In this document: in pieces, positions 15,029 through 24,024 of the stretch
How positions within the stretch are numbered: the stretch's first letter is position 1
How the letters are laid out: each line of letters starts with the position of its first letter
DNA from: a virus
Lineage: Duplodnaviria; Caudoviricetes
Length of the DNA: 33,212 nucleotides
Virus record (IMG/VR): IMGVR_UViG_3300032233_000325
Span: 1 to 33,212 of that record
Reading direction: 5' to 3' (one strand)
Notes under the pieces: generated by a model
What the model was told of the DNA's origin: nothing
Seen by the model: the letters and a program-made list of their open reading frames with translations, nothing else
Databases searched by the model: none
Translations under genes and position numbers: made by a program

Positions 15029-15180
15029 TGCCCCTCGTTAAATCTAAATCACCCGAGGCGTTTCGCAAGAACGTAGCTGCTGAAGTAAAAGCTGGCAAGC
15101 CGGTGGCTCAAAGTGTCGCAATTGCATACGCAGTCAAACGTGCGGCGGCAAAGGCTCCTGTTGCAAAGCGTTCCAAATAG
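15028..15180 (+). CDS. Small basic protein (50 aa, not in ORF track)
   Basis: MPLVKSKSPEAFRKNVAAEVKAGKPVAQSVAIAYAVKRAAAKAPVAKRSK, with a TGATG overlap and AAGGA RBS. Confidence 0.7.
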   Translation: MPLVKSKSPEAFRKNVAAEVKAGKPVAQSVAIAYAVKRAAAKAPVAKRSK

Positions 15181-15556
15181 GCCGCATGCGCTCTTCAACT
15201 TCAACCTTTTGGTGCGCTGCATTTGACAGCACGGTTAAATTTTCTAACCGGTTGTCATGTGAATCACCGTTGATGTGGTGAACATGCTCCCACGAAGCCA
15301 GCTTTCTACTCAAGTGCTGTTCCATCAAATACCGATGGACACGCACTTGTTTTCCATCTACAGTCATAGTTTTGTAAGTGTGAGCTGCTTTACCAGTGGA
15401 TTGAAAGCGAAGATGTGCAAATTGTTCCAAATGTTCTTTTGCCAAACAAGAACGAGAACAATATTTGGCTTTTTCTTTTCTGTATGTAGGCACTCTGAAA
15501 AGCACCCCGCATACAGCGCAGGTCAAAATAGCGCCAGTTCGGTCACGTTTTTTCAT
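15134..15556 (-). CDS. Free-standing HNH homing endonuclease with N-terminal Zn finger
   Basis: CAVC...YCSRSC, then VHRYLME...VHHINGDSHDNRLENL. Start at 15556 after AAGGAG. Confidence 0.9.
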   Translation of the reverse strand: MKKRDRTGAILTCAVCGVLFRVPTYRKEKAKYCSRSCLAKEHLEQFAHLRFQSTGKAAHTYKTMTVDGKQVRVHRYLMEQHLSRKLASWEHVHHINGDSHDNRLENLTVLSNAAHQKVEVEERMRPIWNALQQEPLPPHV

Positions 15557-15584
15557 GCAATAGCTCCTTGTGTTGCTATTGCTT

Positions 15585-15593
15585 AGTATAACA
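15585..15593 (-). promoter_or_regulatory. Extended -10 promoter for the HNH gene
   Basis: TG-T-TATACT on the minus strand, about 15 nt upstream of the HNH RBS. Confidence 0.55.
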
Positions 15594-15607
15594 GATAAAA
15601 TTAAAAA

Positions 15608-15850
15608 ATGATTCCTAAAGCCCTGCAAAACTGCCTGATCATGGAGCGTGATGTTGAGAGGCACGACACCCTCATACTTTTGTCTAGCGAGAAACTTGGC
15701 ACTGGTGTGGTACTATCGGCAGGCCCAGATTGCAAAGACGTTAATGTTGGTGATCGTGTATATTTTGATGTCGGGCAAGAATTTACGCATGGTGGCAAAG
15801 AGTACGTGCTGATGCGCGAACCTCACGTTTTAGGGGTCTTTAATGGCTGA
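15608..15850 (+). CDS. groES: GroES/Cpn10-like co-chaperonin
   Basis: GVVLSAGPDC..VNVGDRVYF...G.EYVLMREPHVLGV is the Cpn10 signature. Confidence 0.82.
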   Translation: MIPKALQNCLIMERDVERHDTLILLSSEKLGTGVVLSAGPDCKDVNVGDRVYFDVGQEFTHGGKEYVLMREPHVLGVFNG

Positions 15851-18035
15851 TCCAACCGGAATAGTTGCTGCGGCTAATGTTGCTGCTGGCGGCAAACCAC
15901 TGAAGTCTGACGCAGACATCCTGACCGTTGCGCGTGCAAGGTTGGACATGGCTGTCTCTGCGCTATCCGAATCCCGTGAAGACGAAACCGATGACCTGAA
16001 GTTTTACGCAGGCTCACCGGACAACCATTGGCAGTGGCCTGCCGATGTACTGGCCACCCGTGGCGCGGTTCAAGGTCAAACCATTAACGCCCGTCCTTGC
16101 CTAACCATCAACAAGCTGCCCCAGCATGTGCGGCAGGTCACCAACGACCAACGGCAAAACCGCCCTGGCGCTAAAGTCATTCCCGTGGATGACAACGCCG
16201 ACATCGAGGTGGCCGACATTTTTAACGGCATGATTCGGCACATTGAGTACATCAGTGATGCGGATGTGGCCTACGACACAGCGTGCGAGAATCAAGTGTC
16301 CTACGGCGAAGGGTATATTCGCCTGCTGACTGAGTATTGCGAAGACAACAGCTTTGACCAAGACATCAAGATTGGCCGTGTACGCAACAGTTTCAGTGTC
16401 TACATGGACCCTACGATCCAAGACCCAACGGGTGCGGATGCCAAATGGTGTTTCATCACTGAAGACCTGCAAAAAGAAGAATTTGAGCGCATGTACCCCG
16501 ATGCTGCGCCGATCACCACGCTCCAGTCGCTGGGTGTGGGCGATCAGTCGATCAGCAACTGGCTTAATGAGGACACGATCCGCATTGCCGATTACTATTA
16601 CATTGACTACGACCGCACAACACTGAACTTGTACCCTGGCAACGCTACGGCGTTTGAGGGCACACCAGAAGACAAGCAATTAAAAGCGTTTTACGGCAAA
16701 CCCATCAAATCCCGCGAGTCTGACCGCCCAAAAGTGCGGTATTGCAAGATCAACGGGTACGAAATCCTTGAGCAACGCGAGTGGGCTGGCAAATATATCC
16801 CCGTTATTCGCATTGTTGGCAATGAATTTGAGGTGGATGGCCGTTTGTATGTGTCTGGTTTGGTCCGAAACGCCAAAGACGCCCAGCGCATGTACAATTA
16901 TTGGGTATCCCAAGAAGCTGAGATGCTGGCCTTGGCGCCTAAAGCCCCATTTATTGGTTATGGCGGCCAGTTTGAAGGCTACGAAGACAAGTGGAAGACC
17001 GCTAACACCAACAATTGGCCCTATTTGGAGGTCAATCCAGACGTTACAGACGGCCAAGGCAGTGTCTTGCCACTACCCCAGCGTGCCCAGCCTCCAATGG
17101 CCTCTAGCGGCCTATTGCAAGCCAAATCGGGCGCTGCTGAAGACATTAAGTCCACCACTGGCCAATATAACGCCAGTTTGGGCATGGGTTCCAACGAACG
17201 GTCAGGCAAAGCCATCCTTGCGCGTCAGCGTGAGGGCGATGTAGGTACTTACCACTATGGCGATAACTTAGCCCGTGGCGTGCGTCATGTGGCTCGTCAA
17301 CTGGTGGACCTGATCCCCAAGATTTACGACACCCAGCGCATCGCCCGAATTATTGGTGAAGACGGCGACACCAAGATGGTCAAGATTAATCCCGAGCAGC
17401 CCGAGCCGGTCAACAAGATTGTGGACCAAAACGGCGTGGTGCTTGAGAAAATCTACAATCCTGGCGTTGGCAAGTACGATGTCGTTGCGACCACCGGCCC
17501 AGGCTACGCGACCAAACGTCAAGAGGCTCTTGAAGCAATGGCACAACTGTTGCAAGGCAATCCTCAATTGTGGGCTGTGGCCGGTGACCTGTTTGTCAAG
17601 AACATGGATTGGCCAGGCGCTCAAGAAATGAGCAAACGCTTTGCCAAAACCATTGATCCTAAGTTGATGAACGACAGCGATGAAAATCCAGCGTTGCAGG
17701 CCGCTCAGCAACAGATGCAGGCGATGGGTCAAGAGATGGAGCAGATGCACCAGATGCTTCAGCATGTCAACCAGTCGGTTGAAGTGCAAGACACAAAACG
17801 CAAAGACTTCGAAGCGCAGGTCAAAGCATACGAAGCCGAAACAAAACGTATTTCTGCTGTGCAGGCTTCTATGTCGCCAGAGCAAATTCAGGACATCGTA
17901 ATGGGCACGGTTCACGGTATGATCACCTCTGGTGATCTGGTGGGCGAAATGCCTGGTCGTGATGTCGATGTTGGGGCTGAAATGCCGCAAGAAGGTATGG
18001 AACAACAACCACAGCAAATGGGAATGCCACAATGA
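15843..18035 (+). CDS. Portal protein, P22 gp1-like
   Basis: 730 aa; RPCLTINKL, GLVRNAKDAQRMYNY, SGKAILARQ motifs; Gln-rich coiled-coil C-terminal barrel; downstream of the terminase. Confidence 0.9.
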   Translation: MADPTGIVAAANVAAGGKPLKSDADILTVARARLDMAVSALSESREDETDDLKFYAGSPDNHWQWPADVLATRGAVQGQTINARPCLTINKLPQHVRQVTNDQRQNRPGAKVIPVDDNADIEVADIFNGMIRHIEYISDADVAYDTACENQVSYGEGYIRLLTEYCEDNSFDQDIKIGRVRNSFSVYMDPTIQDPTGADAKWCFITEDLQKEEFERMYPDAAPITTLQSLGVGDQSISNWLNEDTIRIADYYYIDYDRTTLNLYPGNATAFEGTPEDKQLKAFYGKPIKSRESDRPKVRYCKINGYEILEQREWAGKYIPVIRIVGNEFEVDGRLYVSGLVRNAKDAQRMYNYWVSQEAEMLALAPKAPFIGYGGQFEGYEDKWKTANTNNWPYLEVNPDVTDGQGSVLPLPQRAQPPMASSGLLQAKSGAAEDIKSTTGQYNASLGMGSNERSGKAILARQREGDVGTYHYGDNLARGVRHVARQLVDLIPKIYDTQRIARIIGEDGDTKMVKINPEQPEPVNKIVDQNGVVLEKIYNPGVGKYDVVATTGPGYATKRQEALEAMAQLLQGNPQLWAVAGDLFVKNMDWPGAQEMSKRFAKTIDPKLMNDSDENPALQAAQQQMQAMGQEMEQMHQMLQHVNQSVEVQDTKRKDFEAQVKAYEAETKRISAVQASMSPEQIQDIVMGTVHGMITSGDLVGEMPGRDVDVGAEMPQEGMEQQPQQMGMPQ

Positions 18036-18394
18036 AAGCATGTGATTTTTTAGGTTTGCTGTTTCTTGCAAGAGATGTGGCGCACAGTGTTCACTTGAAC
18101 ACCCGCAGCTTTTCTAAGCACACGGCACTCAACATTTTTTACGACCGCATTATTGATGCGGCTGATGATTTTGCTGAAAGCTATCAAGGCCGTCACGGTT
18201 TGATTGGCCCCATCACATTGCACTCGGCCAAGAAAACATCTAACATCATTGAATTCTTGGAAGACTCGCTCAAGCAGATCGAAGACGCCAGATATGAAGT
18301 GGTTGACAAGACCGACATGTCGCTGCAACAACTGATCGACAACATCATTGAAATTTATCTGCGTACTTTGTACAAACTTCGCTTTCTCGCATAA
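18032..18394 (+). CDS. Ferritin/Dps-like four-helix protein (DUF5856-type)
   Basis: H-x2-H (HSVH), H-x6-Y (HTALNIFY), D-x2-AE-x-YQG and a terminal YKL, as in Dps-like ferroxidase folds. Confidence 0.7.
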   Translation: MKACDFLGLLFLARDVAHSVHLNTRSFSKHTALNIFYDRIIDAADDFAESYQGRHGLIGPITLHSAKKTSNIIEFLEDSLKQIEDARYEVVDKTDMSLQQLIDNIIEIYLRTLYKLRFLA

Positions 18395-18402
18395 GGACCA
18401 TC

Positions 18403-18669
18403 ATGGCTAATTACACCCAAACTGACGCAACGGCAAACATCAAAGCATCTGCTGGCAAATTGATTGGTATCATGGTCACTGCGGCCAGCGGTACACCGAC
18501 CATCACGGTTTATGATTCGGCTGCGGCAACCACAACCACACCAATTATGAAGGTGTTTACGCCAACAGCGGCGACTGCTTACAATTTTGGTGTTAATGGT
18601 ATTTATGCCAACAAGGGCATTTACATTGTCATCAGTGGCACTGTTTCCGCAACCGTCTACTACGATTAA
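18403..18669 (+). CDS. Small beta-rich putative virion protein
   Basis: AAGGA RBS; Thr/Ala/Gly-rich 88 aa directly upstream of the fibre gene. Confidence 0.7.
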   Translation: MANYTQTDATANIKASAGKLIGIMVTAASGTPTITVYDSAAATTTTPIMKVFTPTAATAYNFGVNGIYANKGIYIVISGTVSATVYYD

Positions 18670-18672
18670 ATC

Positions 18673-21144
18673 ATGTCCAACGTCAAAATTTCCCAACTCC
18701 CTGCGGCCACCACCCCGCTGGCAGGCACGGAGGTTTTGCCTCTGGTCCAAGGCACAACAACCGCAAAGGTTACGGTTGCTCAACTGCGTGCAACTTCTGT
18801 CACGGCGGTTACCGGCACTGCGCCCGTAGTTTCTTCGGGTGGCCTAACCCCTGCCATTAGTATGGCTGCGGCTAACACTTCCACAAACGGTTATCTGACC
18901 TCAACCGACTGGAATACGTTTAACGGTAAGCAAGCTGCTGGTGCAGTTACATCGGTAACCGGCACTTCACCTGTAGTTTCTTCTGGCGGTGCTACGCCTG
19001 CTATTAGCATCCCTGCGGCCAGCACTTCGGCCAGTGGTTATTTGACTTCCACTGACTGGAATACATTTAACGGCAAATATTCAACCGGCGGTGCTTTGGG
19101 CACCCCATCCTCGGGCACAGCCACCAACCTGACCGGTTTGCCTTTGACCACTGGCGTAACAGGTGTTTTGCCTGTAGCAAACGGCGGTAACGGTACAGCT
19201 ACGCCTGCTTTGGTAGCCGGTACAAACGTTACAATTTCAGGCACTTGGCCCAATCAAACCATCAATTCATCTGGTGGCAGTGGCGGCGTAACTTCGTTCA
19301 GCGCAGGCACAACTGGTTTGACACCAGCTACAGCCACCACGGGCGCTGTAACTTTGGCAGGTACGTTAGCAGTAGCCAATGGCGGCACAGGAACAACTAC
19401 CCCCGCATTGGTGGCAGGCACAAACGTAACGATCTCGGGCACTTGGCCAAATCAAACAATCAACTCATCTGGCGGTGGCGGTAGCATGGTCTACCCTGGC
19501 GCGGGTATCCCGTTGTCTACCGGAACAGCTTGGGGCACTTCTTACAGCACCACGGGCACTGGTGATGTGGTGTTGTCCACTTCACCTACACTGGTGACAC
19601 CGTTGCTGGGCACACCCACATCGGGCAACTTTAGCACCGGCACATTTACTTGGCCTACGTTTAACCAGAACACCACAGGCACTGCGGCCAACGTGACTGG
19701 TACGGTGGCGATTGCCAACGGCGGCACAGGTCAAACGACTGCGGCTGCGGCAATTACAGCTTTAACTGGCACACAGACTAGTGCGTACTATCTGCGTTCC
19801 AACGGCACAAACGCTACATTGTCGGCCCTTGCTGCGGCTGATTTGACAGGTACTGTGGCAATCGCCAGCGGTGGCTCTGGTCAAACCACAGCCCAAGCAG
19901 CAATGAATGCTTTTGCGGGTGCTGTGACTTCTGGCTCTTACCTTCGCGGTAACGGTACAAACGTGGTGATGGCAACGATCCAATCGGGTGATGTGCCAAC
20001 ACTGAACCAAAACACCACGGGAACTGCGGCAAACGTGACCGGCGTTGTTGCGGCGGTTAACGGTGGTACAGGTCAGTCATCCTATGCAGTAGGCGACATT
20101 GTTTACGCTTCTACAACTACAGCATTGTCCAAACTTGCTGATGTAGCCACTGGCAATGCTTTGATTTCCGGCGGCGTTGGAGTTGCTCCAAGCTATGGCA
20201 AGATTGGTTTAACTACACATGTAAGCGGCACATTGCCTACCGCTAACGGTGGTACAAACCTGACATCTTTCACCGCTAACGGTGTTGTTTACGCAAGCTC
20301 CACAAGTGCATTGGCTACTGGTTCTGCTCTGACGTTTACGGGTACAAATTTGGGTATCGGAACAAGTTCACCTTCTGTGCAACTTGATATTGCTGCTAGT
20401 AGCGGTAACGTAGAAATTAAGTCCACTACATCAGCTAATGCGTACAGTTATTTGACACTAGGCGCTTGGGCGTTAAGCCGCGCCCAAATTCGTGCTGAAG
20501 CAGCAAATCCTGGGGCAGCAAGTGGCGCTGGTTCTGGAGTCATGTCTTTCTGGACTGCCCAAAACCCGACCCTAACGGAGGCTATGCGTATTGATGCTAC
20601 TGGGAATTTGCTGGTGGGGGCTACTGCAACTTCTGCGAGTGCAAAATTGTACGTTAAAGGATCTGGATCAACAAGTGCTGCTGCTAGATTTTATAACCCT
20701 GACCTCACCGATAGCAACTTTACGCTTTACGTTGACAAGCCATCTACAACAACAACAACTAGTCAGGTGTTTATTGGCTTTACTGTTAATGCTCAAGGAA
20801 CTGGATCAGGACAAATCAATGCTAACGGTGCTTCACAAGCGGCTTTTGGTTCTTTTTCTGATGCACGTTTAAAAGAAAACATCGTTGACCTAACTCCGCA
20901 ATTAAGCAACTTAATGGCTTTGCGACCTGTGGAGTTTGATTACAAAGATGGCTCTGGTCATCAAACGGGTTTTGTCGCTCAAGAGATGCAACAGGTTTAC
21001 TCTGATGCCGTTGGTGAGCAAAACGGCTTCTTGACTGTCTCCGGTTACGGCAAAACAGAGGCCCGACTTATCAAAGCCATTCAAGAACAGCAAGCCCTTA
21101 TTGAATCACTTACTACCCGCCTCATGGCACTGGAGCAAAAATGA
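18673..21144 (+). CDS. Fibre protein with C-terminal peptidase S74 intramolecular chaperone
   Basis: N-terminal KISQLP motif, many VANGGTG repeats, GIGTSSP and [12 protein letters not shown] units, then SDARLKENI...GFVAQE...LIKAIQE coiled coil (S74, from about 20857). Confidence 0.88.
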   Translation: MSNVKISQLPAATTPLAGTEVLPLVQGTTTAKVTVAQLRATSVTAVTGTAPVVSSGGLTPAISMAAANTSTNGYLTSTDWNTFNGKQAAGAVTSVTGTSPVVSSGGATPAISIPAASTSASGYLTSTDWNTFNGKYSTGGALGTPSSGTATNLTGLPLTTGVTGVLPVANGGNGTATPALVAGTNVTISGTWPNQTINSSGGSGGVTSFSAGTTGLTPATATTGAVTLAGTLAVANGGTGTTTPALVAGTNVTISGTWPNQTINSSGGGGSMVYPGAGIPLSTGTAWGTSYSTTGTGDVVLSTSPTLVTPLLGTPTSGNFSTGTFTWPTFNQNTTGTAANVTGTVAIANGGTGQTTAAAAITALTGTQTSAYYLRSNGTNATLSALAAADLTGTVAIASGGSGQTTAQAAMNAFAGAVTSGSYLRGNGTNVVMATIQSGDVPTLNQNTTGTAANVTGVVAAVNGGTGQSSYAVGDIVYASTTTALSKLADVATGNALISGGVGVAPSYGKIGLTTHVSGTLPTANGGTNLTSFTANGVVYASSTSALATGSALTFTGTNLGIGTSSPSVQLDIAASSGNVEIKSTTSANAYSYLTLGAWALSRAQIRAEAANPGAASGAGSGVMSFWTAQNPTLTEAMRIDATGNLLVGATATSASAKLYVKGSGSTSAAARFYNPDLTDSNFTLYVDKPSTTTTTSQVFIGFTVNAQGTGSGQINANGASQAAFGSFSDARLKENIVDLTPQLSNLMALRPVEFDYKDGSGHQTGFVAQEMQQVYSDAVGEQNGFLTVSGYGKTEARLIKAIQEQQALIESLTTRLMALEQK
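18799..20060 (+). repeat. Internal duplicated modules in the fibre gene
   Basis: 44-aa unit at 18799-18930 and 18946-19077; 35-aa unit at 19174-19278 and 19372-19476; [16 protein letters not shown] at 19654 and 19996. Confidence 0.9.
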
Positions 21145-21464
21145 CTACTATCACTTGGATCATTGAATGGATGAGTGAATCCACTATTGAAATCAATGGG
21201 CATAGTGAAGTTGTTTTGACTGCTGGCTGGCGGTGCAATGGAACTGATGGAATATATAGCGGATCGGTTTACAGTTCTACAATATTTCCAGAACCTAAAA
21301 CTGGCGGTTTTTTTACGCCTTATGCTGACCTAACACAAGACCAAGTTCTTGGTTGGTGTTGGTCTAATGGTGTAGATAAAGATGCCATTGAAACAACGGT
21401 TAATAACCAAATTCAAAACCAAATTAACCCACCCGTAATTTTACCATTGCCTTGGAGCGCGTAA
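21141..21464 (+). CDS. Fibre-associated small protein (putative assembly chaperone), paralog 1
   Basis: TWxIE...VV..AGW...[15 protein letters not shown]...LPW; ATGA-coupled to the fibre gene. Confidence 0.7.
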   Translation: MTTITWIIEWMSESTIEINGHSEVVLTAGWRCNGTDGIYSGSVYSSTIFPEPKTGGFFTPYADLTQDQVLGWCWSNGVDKDAIETTVNNQIQNQINPPVILPLPWSA

Positions 21465-21611
21465 ATGAAAGAGATTACCCTGCCAATAGATTTGGCAAAC
21501 ACCTTGCTGCAATACTTGGGAACCAAGCCGTATCAGGAAGTTTTCCAAATAATTGGCGCTTTGCAAAAAGCAGCAATTGAAAAACCACCCAAAGAACCGG
21601 AACCAGAATGA
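21465..21611 (+). CDS. Hypothetical protein (48 aa, not in ORF track)
   Basis: MKEITLPIDLANTLLQYLGTKPYQEVFQIIGALQKAAIEKPPKEPEPE; fills the gap exactly. Confidence 0.7.
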   Translation: MKEITLPIDLANTLLQYLGTKPYQEVFQIIGALQKAAIEKPPKEPEPE

Positions 21612-21961
21612 CTACCAAAACTTGGACCGTAGAACAAATGCAATGCTTTCCCCAGTATGAGGGAAAGGAAAATGTCGTTTATGTGGTGAACTGGTTGCTG
21701 ACCGGCACACAAGGCGACTATACTGCACATATTTACAGTACAGCAAATCTTGAGTACGCTCCAGGTTCGCCGTACACTGAGTACGCATCCTTGACACCAG
21801 ACCAAGTAATTGGTTGGGTCAAGAATTCGCTCGGTGAAGAAGAAGTGCGTAAATACGAAGCCAGACTTGATAAAGAACTGGCCAAGAAAGCCGCACCGCA
21901 ATTGACCACAACTGGCCTGCCTTGGGTTAACCAAACGTATGTGCCAATAAAACTGTACTGA
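21608..21961 (+). CDS. Fibre-associated small protein, paralog 2
   Basis: TWTVE...VVYVVNW...YTEYASLTPDQVIGW...LPW; clearly homologous to 21141-21464. Confidence 0.7.
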   Translation: MTTKTWTVEQMQCFPQYEGKENVVYVVNWLLTGTQGDYTAHIYSTANLEYAPGSPYTEYASLTPDQVIGWVKNSLGEEEVRKYEARLDKELAKKAAPQLTTTGLPWVNQTYVPIKLY

Positions 21962-21995
21962 TGCAGTCCATCAGGGAATCTTAGGATTCATAGAA
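21952..21995 (+). promoter_or_regulatory. Structured leader upstream of the scaffold gene
   Basis: Hairpins CTGATG/CATCAG (21958-21974) and GAATC/GATTC (21976-21989); the second covers the AGGA RBS. Confidence 0.5.
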
Positions 21996-22766
21996 ATGAC
22001 TGAAGAAGTCCAACAAGCCCTAGCGGAAGTAGACTCCGCGCCAACCACGGATGTGACGGCCACACCTGAAGTTGCTGAAAGTACGCCGGAAGTAACCGAA
22101 GCCAAATCATTCTCGCAAGAGGAACTTGATGCAGCTATCGGCAAACGCCTTGCAAGAGAGCAACGTAAGTGGGAAAGAGAACAAGCACAGCGACTGTCTG
22201 AACAACAGACGCTGAGAGCAGCCCCGACAGCCACCGCTGACCAGTTTGAGTCAACTGAAGCCTATGCAGATGCACTGGCACTCCAGAAGGCAGAAGAACT
22301 GATCGCCAAGCGTGAAGCCGCCAAGCAGCACTCGCAGGTTCTTGAGAGTTATCACGATCTTGAGGAAGAAGCGCGGAGCAAATACGATGACTTTGAACAA
22401 GTCGCGTACAACCCCAAGCTACCAATCACGAACGTGATGGCAGAAACGATCCAGTCTTCGGACATTGGACCTGAGTTAGCGTACTACCTCGGGTCAAATC
22501 CAAAAGAAGCAGATCGCATCTCACGCATGACGCCCTTGAGTCAGGCGAAGGAAATCGGACGGATCGAAGCCAAATTGGCCGCTGAACCTCCGATGAAGAA
22601 AACAACATCTGCGCCAGCGCCGATTTCGCCAGTTACCGCCCGATCTTCTGGATCACCGGCACATGACACTACGGACCCACGGTCTATTAAGACCATGACA
22701 GCCTCGCAGTGGATTGAAGCCGAAAGGTTGCGACAGCGGAAAAAGTGGGAAGCACAGAACCGCTAA
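21996..22766 (+). CDS. Capsid scaffolding protein
   Basis: Acidic disordered N-terminus, coiled coil, GPELAYYLG, C-terminal APAPISPV and basic tip; directly upstream of the coat gene. Confidence 0.8.
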   Translation: MTEEVQQALAEVDSAPTTDVTATPEVAESTPEVTEAKSFSQEELDAAIGKRLAREQRKWEREQAQRLSEQQTLRAAPTATADQFESTEAYADALALQKAEELIAKREAAKQHSQVLESYHDLEEEARSKYDDFEQVAYNPKLPITNVMAETIQSSDIGPELAYYLGSNPKEADRISRMTPLSQAKEIGRIEAKLAAEPPMKKTTSAPAPISPVTARSSGSPAHDTTDPRSIKTMTASQWIEAERLRQRKKWEAQNR

Positions 22767-22788
22767 AACTTTTTAAAGGACTTTTGAA

Positions 22789-23997
22789 ATGTCTAACAGT
22801 ATCTTAACCATTGACATGATCACACGGAAGGCTCTCGAAATCCTCGAGAACAATCTTGTGATCACCCGCAACGTGAACCGCCAGTATGACGATTCTTTCG
22901 CTGTTGAAGGCGCAAAAATCGGTTCCACACTGCGTATCCGTTTACCTGACCGCGCTCTGGTCACTGACGGTGCCGCCCTGCAAGTTCAGGACGATAACGA
23001 ACAGTTCACCACTCTGACTGTCTCCACCCAAAAGCACATTGGTGTCAACTTCACATCTGCTGAATTGACCATGCAATTGGATGATTTCGCAGAACGTGTG
23101 TTGAAGCCTCGTATCAGCCAGTTGGCCTCCAGCATTGATGCTGACGTTGCTAACTGCTTCAAGACTATCGGCAACTCGGTTGGCACTCCTGGCTCTACAC
23201 CTTCAACTTCTTTGGTGCTGTTGCAAGCCCAGCAGAAGCTGAACGAAAACGCCGCTGTGATGAACCCACGTTACGCCACCGTCAACCCTGCCGCTAACGC
23301 TGGTCTGGTTGAAGGCATGAAAGGTTTGTTTAACCCCACCGACACCATCAGCAAACAGTTTAAAAACGGCATGATGGGCACTGGCGTGTTGGGTTATGAC
23401 GAGATCAATATGTCTCAGTCGATCAAACAGTTCACCACTGGTTCGCGTGATGCTACTGCATCTACCACAGTTGGCGCTACCGTGACTTCTGAAGGTGCTT
23501 CTACTGTAACCTTGTCTCAAGGTTCTGTGACTACCACCCTCAAGGCCGGTGATGTGTTTACCATTGCAGCTTGCTTTGCTGTGAACCCACAAACCCGTGA
23601 AACCACTGGTTCGTTGTTCCAGTTTGTGGCTTTGGCTGACGCAACCGCTGTGGCTGGCACTTGGACTGTAACTGTGGCTCCCATGTACTCCGCTGCTAAC
23701 GCACTGGCTACCATGACCGCTTTGCCAGTATCTAGCGCTGTTGTGACCTTCTTGGGCACTGCATCTACTGCTTACGCACAGAACTTGGTTTACCACAAGG
23801 ACGCTATCACGTTCGCTACTGCTGACCTCTTGCTCCCACAAGGTGTTGACATGGCTGCCCGTGCAGTTCATAACGGTATCAGCTTGCGTGTTGTTCGTCA
23901 GTACGACATCAACAACGACCGCCTGCCTTGCCGTATTGACGTTCTGTATGGCTTTAACACCATTCGTCCACAGATGGCTTGCCGTCTTTGGGGTTAA
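22789..23997 (+). CDS. Major capsid protein, P22 gp5-like
   Basis: 402 aa; KIGSTLRIRLP, GDVFTIA insertion domain, YHKDAITFA and RIDVLYG motifs; strong AAAGGA RBS. Confidence 0.92.
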   Translation: MSNSILTIDMITRKALEILENNLVITRNVNRQYDDSFAVEGAKIGSTLRIRLPDRALVTDGAALQVQDDNEQFTTLTVSTQKHIGVNFTSAELTMQLDDFAERVLKPRISQLASSIDADVANCFKTIGNSVGTPGSTPSTSLVLLQAQQKLNENAAVMNPRYATVNPAANAGLVEGMKGLFNPTDTISKQFKNGMMGTGVLGYDEINMSQSIKQFTTGSRDATASTTVGATVTSEGASTVTLSQGSVTTTLKAGDVFTIAACFAVNPQTRETTGSLFQFVALADATAVAGTWTVTVAPMYSAANALATMTALPVSSAVVTFLGTASTAYAQNLVYHKDAITFATADLLLPQGVDMAARAVHNGISLRVVRQYDINNDRLPCRIDVLYGFNTIRPQMACRLWG

Positions 23998-24024
23998 TCA
24001 ATTCTTTTTTAAAGGAAAAATATC

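Noticed and set aside
15557-15664. Longer HNH start in the ORF track
   Set aside because: It overlaps groES and the HNH's own promoter and RBS; ATG 15556 is the better start.
18673-21144. Fibre repeats as a diversity-generating retroelement TR/VR pair
   Set aside because: No reverse transcriptase in the window; the copies are in-frame shaft modules and differences are not adenine-specific.
23995-24015. TTTTTTAAA as a programmed frameshift extending the coat protein
   Set aside because: The run lies after the coat stop codon and is better explained as a U-rich translation enhancer before AAAGGA.
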